This document shows positions 47,812 through 57,705 of a DNA stretch of 64,000 bases, in pieces. Each line of letters opens with the position of its first letter. Positions within the stretch are counted from its first letter, which is position 1. A program made the position numbers and the translations under genes. Below the pieces are notes generated by a model. It was not told where the DNA came from, ran no database searches, and was given only the letters and a program-made list of their open reading frames with translations. This DNA is from Sporopachydermia quercuum (lineage: Eukaryota): assembly GCA_001599295.1 (NCBI GenBank), contig BCGN01000002.1:1116001-1180000 (forward strand), read 5' to 3'.

Positions 47812-48318
47812 GATCAATCATGTAAACTAGAGATTAACACTAGATTTTAACAAATATCAAAGGCTGTTAGTTGCTCTCAAGTTTCAAAATTCACCACTTG
47901 GGTGTTACTGTCATCGATCATCAATACTATCAATCAATCAATCCAGCATTAATTTACTCTCTCACTCAATCACTTAACTCAATGTTATTTCAATAAGCTA
48001 ACAACCTGATAAGGGACGGATATTAATTATTATTACTGGAAATTATATGAAGAGCCAAGTACATTGTTTCCGGATTTTAAAACAGGGTAACCAACACCTA
48101 TTCATTTAATCCAAAATTATTATCCATACGTAATACATCCAAAGAATTATGTCTATTGATTATGTTCACAAGATTGAAAAGCAATAGCGGCTATACCTAG
48201 ATTCGACTTTGGTTGGACTTATTGGTCATTATTTGATTTTCCAGAGGATTTTTTCAGATTGAACATTTGCTGTCCGATATTCGTATGGACCCTAGATGGA
48301 TACAATAGTATAAGCAAA

Positions 48319-49207
48319 ATGTTCAGTCCGTTTTCCCTAACCCGTCGTCCAGTTGGTATGTTGTGGTGGTACATATAATAGAAGAGTAAACAATAATGGC
48401 TGTCTAAATAAGATTGATCATAAATTAGTTTAGGAAATCTACGTTTATACTATTGGTATTAACATTAGTAGCTGCCGCTGGCTTCTTCAACACCCTCAAG
48501 GAAGTGTTCGCACCTCAAGGAATTACTGTTCGTCATGGGCATCAATATTGTATGTTGAGTTAACTCTAACTACTTAGAAATTCAGTAAAGTTCCGATTCC
48601 CATTTGGGATTTTTATGTCTTTTTTGCTAACGCTAGAATAGCACCCGTCTTTCAACGAATCAAGAAGAAACACAAGGGTAGAGTTCCTATTCGTATTGGC
48701 GGATCTATCAAAGGTTCTATTATGAAGTTTGGAGACTTTGGATTGAGATTAAGATCTGAAGGTACAAGAATGAAGGCTATTCAATTACAGCAGGCAGAAG
48801 AAGCTATTATGAGAGCCCTAAGACCTGTGCAAGGGCAATTATGGAGTAGATTGGCGACTGATATTGCGGTTTGCGTGAAAGGTAATGAAACACGTATGGG
48901 TAAAGGTAAAGGTGCTTTCGATCATTGGATGGTGCGTGTTCCAACAGGAAAACTTGTCTTTGAAATCGGTGGACAAAATTTACACAGTAGAATTGCGAAA
49001 GAAGCCTTAAGAAAAGCTTCAACTAAGTTGCCTGGTGTTTTTGATATAATCACCAAAGATGATTTACCAAAAGTTGGTTTCAAGAAAGTTCCTCTTCCAA
49101 CTGAAAAGATAAACTATTATGAGGAATTCAAGCGAAATCCGAAGAAGAAGTTTGAAAACTTGATAAAATCAAAATTACCGGAATATAAGGAGTACAGATT
49201 AAGGTAA
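48319..49207 (+). CDS. MRPL16: Mitochondrial ribosomal protein uL16m; exons 48319-48355, 48472-48549, 48642-49207
   Basis: [49 protein letters not shown]; two GTATGT introns. Confidence 0.92.
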
Positions 49208-49327
49208 AGGAAGCGAGCCCTTCATGTATATAATGAAAGAAAAATTGAACTACTATCTGATCGTTTCTAATAACTGTATCTTCTCTACGTAGAATGATTG
49301 AGAGAAACCAAAAATCCATTTTCTGAT

Positions 49328-50777
49328 CTAATAAGCTGACGCTGTTTTCTCTAAAACAACCATTGCCTTTGCTGTGAACCCTTCAAGATGAAAAATTGCT
49401 TTAGATCCAATACTCAGTCGATCATCCTAAAAACAGAACGGTTAGTATTGTGCAATAAAAACATAAGCATCATAAACTGATCGGCATACTTACAAACTCA
49501 GCTGCCAATTCAATTATTTGAGGTTTCACATTGCTATTGGCGGCATTTAATAGTATGAAGACTAGGGTTTTTAGTATAACTTTGGCTGGAATACAATGTG
49601 CCAATAATTCATAATATGTTCCTCGAATTTGAATTAACCTACAAGTTAGTAATTTATTCAATTAAAGGTTCAAAGTTTCTCACCAAACTCATAAAGTTTC
49701 TTTAACTTACTTATTGACACTTCTCTCCTTTATAATTCCTTGCCCAATACGATTTATTACCTCTTCCCAATCCGCTTGTACAATTGGTGTTCTTGAAGAT
49801 AACTCATCACTAGAAAATTACTATGCGTTAGACTGGTGACCTCTAAAGAGAAGAAATAGAAGAAAGAAAATCACTAATAATGGACATCATCCATTTCGCT
49901 ATATCGACTTACTATTGCATATAAAGTGATTCAAGAATCAATAACGCTTTGCGTAGATTTCTTCCACTGGCTTGTATGATGTTATCAAATAAAATTTCGC
50001 GTTCATTTTCGCTAGGTAAGTTGAGCTTTTCTTTCTTAGCTACTTTGTTGAAGATGTTCTTAATATCTGCTGGCTGTGGTGCAGCGATTCTTATGAGTAG
50101 AGTTCTTGATTTGATAGGAGGTAAGATGTTGGATGTGGTATTAGCAACTAGTATCAAACGAATGTTTGAAGAATATTTTTCCATAGTTCTTCTCAAGGCT
50201 GCTTGAGCATCTCTTGATAATGCATCAGCTTCATTGATTATAACAACTTTGAACTTATGACCATTAGTAAAATCCAGTTGTTCTGTTTGAGCAATATCTT
50301 TCAATAAATCTTGAATAACTACTCTATCGTTATTTCCCATGTCAGATGGAGTAATCTCTAAATGATGAGCACTTGAGACCACATTGAATTCTAATTTACG
50401 ATTTGAGGTAGTTTGAAACGTCCTAACATCAATTTTGATCTAATTTATTAGTGTCAATCTCAATTGATTAGTTTTATAAGTTTTGCTGAATTCATAAATC
50501 ACATACCTTTTCAACAGATGGGCCAAACAGTTCATTCAATGTAGCCAAAATTCTAGTTTTCTTTCCTGCTCCAGAGGGACCATAAACTAGTAAGTGAGGA
50601 AAATCTCCTGATGCCGCCTAAATTGTTGTTAGATAATATTCAGAGACCTCTTGTATTCGACTCTTTGTTCTTTCAAGTACGAAAACTTACCAATGCTTCT
50701 AATCGCTTTGCAATTCCTTTGTGATAATCCAAACCACTGAGGTTATGAGGCCTGTATTTATCTACCCATAAAGACAT
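49328..50777 (-). CDS. RFC5: Replication factor C subunit 5; exons 50777-50691, 50617-50507, 50439-49913, 49809-49711, 49638-49494, 49426-49328
   Basis: [68 protein letters not shown] after removing five canonical introns. Confidence 0.94.
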
Positions 50778-50935
50778 TTCCGATTCACTTAAAGAGTTGG
50801 GAACTTTTTCTCTGCAACAACTACAAAGCAAGTTTGTTTTGCTTATCAATGGTTCTCAATAACCGATAATTGTCAAGTGTATTCGATTATAATTAGTGAA
50901 CACAGCACAAGTAATGAATCATAAAGAATGAAAGA

Positions 50936-50960
50936 TCGCGTAAAATAGAGTAGAACGCGA
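50936..50960. promoter_or_regulatory. Pair of MCB-like ACGCGA sites upstream of RFC5
   Basis: TCGCGT at 50936-50941 and ACGCGA at 50955-50960, upstream of a replication gene. Confidence 0.45.
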
Positions 50961-51260
50961 CTATTAATTATTGTACGGAGTAGTGTAGTTAAAAGTAGTA
51001 TTACTGAGGTATTATTAGTAATCTACAAACCAGGGAACCGGACAAAGCCTGTAGATTACTTGTAGCGTCTTTCCCTGTGCTTGAAAAATCAACAGTTCTA
51101 TGGTGAATGAATAATGTGAAATTATATGCATACAACAATAATGATACGTAATAAATTTCATTTATATATATACAAGAGTTTAAAGAAGCTGAGATTCTAC
51201 CAATTTTCCTCATGCTGATTTGTTGAGAGTGAAATTCTATAGTATAGATCATGCTGACTG

Positions 51261-51741
51261 TTATATTGAACTTTGATCAGATGTGAATGTGGAAGGTTCT
51301 TTTAGTATTCCTAAAGCTTTTAAAGACTGATAAGAATCGAGATTATCAGGGCTTGATCCAACATTTTGTAAATACTATATTTTTATGTGTGTTAGTAAAT
51401 ACTGGGTTATATTTACATTCCCAACTCAGCATCAAGAAATACTTACATCACCAATGAGCCCATTGACTTTTAAAAACTTACTCACACATCTGTCAGTGCA
51501 AGTAGCTTCACCCTTATTCAGATCTTGTTCACCATATCTCCCCGGAATACATTTATTTCTGCATGTTTTCGTGAGACTGTTGTAGAATGTTAGTTCTATG
51601 TAATTCAAAACGTTTGGTAATCAAATGCACAACTTACGAATCAAAAACAACACTGATAGCTTCAAATTGAATACGAGCGGCTTCCATACGTTCTTCGTCC
51701 ACTGTCATGGAGCCCATTTGATACCCAAACATTGTTGCCAT
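51261..51741 (-). CDS. TIM12: Small Tim chaperone (twin CX3C), Tim12-like; exons 51741-51638, 51576-51447, 51374-51261 (absent from ORF track)
   Basis: ARIQFEAISVVFDSLTKTCRNKCIPGRYGEQDLNKGEATCTDRCVSKF; two GTAAGT introns; near RFC5 and PBY1, as in S. cerevisiae. Confidence 0.82.
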
Positions 51742-52467
51742 TTTTAACTATTTTCGAATTCTATATTTCAATTAACCAACTCAAACCATAAAATAAAAAT
51801 AGTATCTGTTAGAATCAATTTTCCAACAAAAGACTCTGAAGGCTTTTAAATTATGTTGATACTCTGAGACAACACAACCAATCTAGAAGTCGAATAAACG
51901 TCCGAATAGAAATAATCCCATCGATAAGCCTCAAGCAATTCACTATTCCTTCAAAACACTTAATCTTCAACAACTAATAAACCTTCTAGTCCTGTATCGA
52001 TATCATCTATTATTACTTTTCCTTAGAATATTTCCTTTCTTCTCGTGCAATTATTCCATCCAACTAACCCTTCATTTATTTTTTTTCTTTTTGAAGTCTT
52101 AGTGTTTCTGATAAAGTAATCAAATAAATATTATAAGAAACTTAGAGTCTTCGGTGAATCCCCCTAAATTTCAATTATGTACATCACATGATACGGACAT
52201 TCTCAACCAACCATTCTCACTCCACTTTAATTGGGCGCACCTGGGTGGTTCGGTCCCAAAGTATGTACATGTAACACTTCTGAAAGTAGCCAACAGGCGT
52301 TGTTTCCTTGCTTGTTTTCCTTTCATGATTCTTTCTTTTGACTTAGAGGATAGCAAATAAGAGGTGCTTTGATATGGTGGTAAAAGGCGAAATTGATGTT
52401 TTGTGTTTATTATTAATGAGTTGAATTAACTTGTTTATTAAGAACATTTGGTATATTATATTTCAAA

Positions 52468-53007
52468 ATGGCCGTTCCTCGTATTACTGGTACTATTAAG
52501 AGAAGAATTCTCACCGACATCTTTATTGGTATGTGTTGTGAATAGGTAGATGAATGGGTCAGAAAAAAAAGCATAAGATCTGAATAAACTAAACCACTGT
52601 TTGCTTATGGGTTTTAAGAAATATGTGATTTACTAACTATTATTTCAGGTTTAAGTAAGTTATTTAACAGTTATATAAGCAACATCAGCCGACAATGAGC
52701 AAGCACAAAGGAAAAAGTTTGATTAGACCGACCAACCTACAGTAACGCTTGGTAAAGAAGTGTTTATGAATTGCAGGCTTCAAAGTCCAACATTTCTAAG
52801 AAATAATTGAGGAAAGAGATAAAATAGATAGTTTGTTCGTTGATTAATACACGTAATTTTTGAAAGATGTTACTAACAACATAATAAGGCATCGGAGGTG
52901 TCTTTGCTTCCTACTGGTGGTGGGGATTCCACAAGAAGCTTGTGTCAACCCGTGAGAACTACTACGCCGAATTGGCCAAGAACAAGCAAGCCATTGAAGA
53001 ATCCTAA
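52468..53007 (+). CDS. COX9: Cytochrome c oxidase subunit VIIa, 61 aa; exons 52468-52528, 52649-52654 (6-nt microexon), 52889-53007 (absent from ORF track)
   Basis: MAVPRITGTIKRRILTDIFIGLSIGGVFASYWWWGFHKKLVSTRENYYAELAKNKQAIEES; both introns carry a perfect TACTAAC. Confidence 0.92.
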
Positions 53008-53708
53008 ATTAGAGATGACTTGCATTAATTGTTCGTTGATCCTTAAATTAAGGATAAAGGTTTTGGAAGGTATTAAGCATTAAGTATTCAATCAGTTAGC
53101 AAAAAAATTTGACACGTTTTAATACGGCAGTATGGCTGATCTTCAAATTGTATTCTATTACGATCTGTTAATTTTTTGTGGATCATCTTGGTTTATATAA
53201 CAATTCAATTCTGCATTAATGAAGTTTAAAGCAAGATGTAACCAATGATTGTGTACAACTCTTTTATTAGGCATTGTCTTAAGAAGTTGTTCTGTATGAC
53301 TTTTACTAAGAAATGTTTTTGTTAATTAAATAGTTATATTCTCTTTATATGTTAATCCTTATCGCTACGTAGCTTATGCTATAGTGTTTATTATAGTGTT
53401 TATTATTCGAATACTTCAAACTTGGGACTGCATCCAGTATCCCATTGCTACTACCACTTTATAAACAATTCCTTATTCCAGTGTTTGTCTTCAAACTTTA
53501 TAGGCGTCATGTAATGGGAACCTACGAATGAATTGATCTCTGACTATCGCCAACCTTGAAACAGCTTACACAAATAAGAGATTGAAGTTGAACTCATTTT
53601 TCATAAAGATGTATTCGCCCATCGGAAACACTTAGATCCCATAGAACCTTCTGTAGTCAGATGTATTAATTCTTATATATATATAAATAGGGCCCTATTC
53701 ATATGAAT

Positions 53709-54389
53709 TTAGATGTTAGAGGGGTAGAGCATGATGCGAACAGTGGCGCCGAAAGTCTTAGGAGGTAAGTTCTTCTTAAAGTTCGCTCGGACAGCACCAG
53801 AGTTACCGTGTGTTCGGGAGATCTTTCCCCACATAACTCTGATCTTTGAACCTTTGATTTCCTTGGAGGCCCTGTAAACGAAAGCGACTCTCTTTCCAAG
53901 GTAGAATTCAGCTTCCTTAGGAGAAGTGACGCCTTCAATCTTGATCAAAGAGACGTTAGGGTGGTTAACGTTCTTACTTCTTTGGTAAGAAACATGCTTT
54001 CCCTTGACGTACACTAAATTATGTTAGAATCAGTTTGACAAAATAGAAACTTCAAAATGATGTGATTGATAAGGTATTAGTTCCACAATTCGGTGCGGTT
54101 TGAAACGACTCTCCGTCGCACATTTCTCGGTTTTTCCCATATCAGACTGGCTCTCCGGGAAGAACGACCATCATAACTATTATGTCGCAATTTGTTGAGT
54201 TGAGCGAAGTTCTTGCAATAAATAGTCTGTTGATACATTGGCTCTAGTGACTTATTGGATAAAAACGATTATATCTTATCTACTATGCTTCTTAACACTA
54301 CTTCATACCCATCATGCACCAATCTCTCAATCATCATCATTATTATTTCAATATTGATCGATAAACATACGTCTATGTGATTCAGTCAT
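53709..54389 (-). CDS. RPL33: 60S ribosomal protein eL33 (L35Ae); exons 54389-54371, 54013-53709
   Basis: [20 protein letters not shown]...RIMLYPSNI, 107 aa; 357-nt GTATGT..TTCTAAC..TAG intron. Confidence 0.97.
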
Positions 54390-55093
54390 TTTCGAAATTA
54401 TATGTCCTAAGTTGACTTAAAGTATCCTTGAACTGTTGTTGTTACTTTGAATCTTTTGATTAGTATCAAGTTATATCACAATAACCACTAGCCTATTGAT
54501 TGTTCAAATACAACAAAGTAATCTGATGTATCAAACTGAATGTGATAGTGGAGCCTGGAATCTGCGTGGTGTATCATCCGAATTACAAGCGATTCCATTG
54601 CGTTGCTTACATCTTTAATCTTAGTCATGGAACTCATAGAAATTTTTATCCCATGATTGGAAACATTTCAGTGACGTTTCTAATATCCTGGTATTATTTT
54701 AACCCTTTTGATTTGCACGTGATATATTAACCCTGGGTAGTTCTTACTGAAGCATGTATACTGACTGCATCATCCTGCACATCGGATAAATTACCACTTG
54801 CATTATAAACTTATCTCCCCCACGCTTTCAGAATTTTTCTTGATGCGTTAAGATAACAATGAAGAACAATAAAAAAATGTGGGGAAATCAACTGGCTTTT
54901 CTAGGATTATCTCTGAATCATACAAATACAAACCAGTTCTCTTATGATATATATAAGATGGAAGATGAAATTGTAAAACAATGGTTTTTCAGTCAATTAG
55001 TAAAGTTATGTAGCAAAAAATGATCATAATTTCGCTGCAGCACAAAAATTTAGAGCTCGTTAGTGTTTGTTTGTGCAACTAACTAGAAGAAAA

Positions 55094-56914
55094 ATGATTC
55101 GGATTACTCAAGAGGAATGTATGTCATTTATAATCTTGTAGGGAAATCTATTCTTATTTATGTTTCAATTCATTCCGATCTCTAACATGATCACACAGTG
55201 GCTAAACATAAGACGAAATCTTCCTACTGGGTAGCAATTAATGGTAAAGTGTACGATGTTACAAACTTCTTACAGCAGCACCCAGGTGGTCCTAAAGTAA
55301 TTCAGAGATTAGCCGGTAAAGATGCCACCAAAGCTTTTATGAAGTTTCATGAACCAGATGCTATAAACGAACTACCGAAAGGAGCTTATAAAGGCGAATA
55401 CGTTACTTCTAAATTGGCTAATTCAACCGCTTATAGGAAGTCAATAAGCACTCAAAAACCAGCGGTTTTGAGAGGATTCATTACAGCGCCTGCTGTGAAT
55501 TCTACAAATGCACCCAAGACAGATAAAGATAATTCAGACCAAGTAATTATACCTAAGATATTACCACCTTTAAGCCATGTATTAAATTTACGAGAGTTTG
55601 AACAGTTAGCTAAAACACAACTTGATGCACCATCTTGGGCGTATTATTTTTCTGGTTCTGATGATATGGTGACAAAGAATTACAACAACATGATATTCTC
55701 AAAAGTAATCTTCAAACCAAGGATATTTGTAGATGTTGCAGAAGTGTCAACAAAATCTAGTATCTTGGGAGTCCCTACAGAGTTACCATTCTTTATTAGC
55801 CCTGCTGCTATGGCAAGATTAGCCCATCCAACTGGGGAGGTTGGAATTGCTAACGCATGTGGAAAGAAGGGAATATTACAGATGATTAGTAATAACTCTT
55901 CGATCCCTTTCGAAAAAGTTGTCAAGGAGGCTTCTAATCCCAATCAAAAGTTTTGCTTTCAACTATACGTTCAAAATGACAGACCAAAAAGTGAATCAAT
56001 GCTCAAGAGAGTTATAGGAACAGGAAAGTGTGTAGCCATAGTATTAACTTTAGACGCTGCTTGGCCCGGTAAGCGCGAAGATGATGAAAGAATCAAAAAC
56101 TTAGAGGCTGGTGATGAAGAAGAGGAAGATGATGATGAAACTCCTTCCCAGAATTCAGGTGATATCAGGGATAATCTTGATGCTGCAAAACAATCTAAAG
56201 GTGGTTTAGGAAAGGCCCTGTTTGCCGGTACCAGCGCAAGTCTGGTTTGGGATGATTTGAAATGGTTGAAGAGTCAGATTCCTGCTGATACGAAAATTGT
56301 TCTTAAAGGATTGCAACATATTCAAGATGTGATTAAAGCTTCTGAGAATCCATTTGTTGATGGTGTCATCATATCAAATCATGGAGGAAGAGCCCTTGAT
56401 TATGCTCCTCCTCCTTTACTTGTTTTAGAAGAACTGAGAAAAGTTTCCCCAGAAACATTCAACAAGATAGAAGTTTATATTGACGGTGGCATCAAAAGAG
56501 GTACTGATGTTGTGAAAGCTTTATGCATAGGTGCCAAACAAGTTGGTATAGGAAGAGCTGCCTTATATGGTCTTACAGGTTACGGTGAAGAAGGAGTCAT
56601 TCGAACCATTCAAAGTATGTTGATCCTAAAATAACTTTGCTCTAATGATTATTGTAATACGTGAGATACTAACAACCATCAATCTAGTTTTGAAAGAAGA
56701 AGTTGAAACAGCAATGAGACTTGTAGGAGTAACCTCAATTGATCAACTAGGCCCTCATCTGGTAAGTCGAAGATTTCCCAACTCATTTATCGTGAGCAAT
56801 TATTACTGGTTGATTTTCTGCATTCACTGAACTACTTATTAATTTTTATTTCTCTCATAGGTCAACCCTCGTCAATTAGACTTACTACTTGATATTCCTT
56901 TATACAAATTATAG
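55094..56914 (+). CDS. Flavocytochrome b2-like FMN-dependent alpha-hydroxy acid dehydrogenase with N-terminal cytochrome b5 domain and no presequence; exons 55094-55118, 55199-56614, 56688-56761, 56861-56914
   Basis: VYDVTNFLQQHPGG...AGKDAT...FH, WAYY, FQLY, VLKG, SNHGGR, DGGIKRGTD; three canonical introns. Confidence 0.9.
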
Positions 56915-57705
56915 ATGACGTTATGAAGTGGCTTTGAAGGTGAACGAATTAATATTTTTATATAGTATAGATATATTGAATATAAGTTTAATTATATATA
57001 CTTTAAATCTTCATCAATAAATGAACAACCGTATTTGGAGTTTGCTAAGTTTCTATTTAAGTTAATATTAGGTCTAATATCTTGAATGTTACTACTTACT
57101 TACTTCCTTAATTACTTTCTTACTTAATTCAATACTAAGATTTTGTCAGTGTTCTACATCAAGCTTCTAACAAGCAGTTATTGCTGTAGAAAACAACCAT
57201 TTTCATCTCCATCTCCATCTGGTCATGCTCTCCTTTCACGTGCTTTTTCAGCATCATCTACGTTAGGTCTCCTTTCATACTCTATATGATGATCCTCTCG
57301 TCAATTCGCCAATTAATCTGAAAGAGCGTATCAAATTGGAAATTTTAGATTCAAATTGCATATGCTTCATATAAATCAGTAAAATACTTTCTTCTCCTTG
57401 TTAGAGGCCAGTTCTAACTAATAAAACAAGAGAAAGCAAGGAAGAAAAAATTATTAAAATAGAAAATCATTAGGATTTGAATGGTATTCCATCAAGCCAT
57501 TTATAATTGTATAGCAACAGAAGAACTAAGTACTTATCTGGTAGTAGTAGTAGTTCTTTATCTTTATTCAATTAGTATTGTGTGTCTGATTAATTGATTG
57601 CAGAGAGGTCGAGGATTATTTGCAATTCAACTTCTAGTTGTGTCTATTTTGTAGTACACGAATTAGCTTAATTCTGTGGATTGATTATTAAATTAATTCA
57701 CGAAG

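Noticed and set aside
53381..53404. 12-bp tandem duplication ATAGTGTTTATT x2
   Set aside because: Two copies in AT-rich terminator DNA; ordinary slippage.
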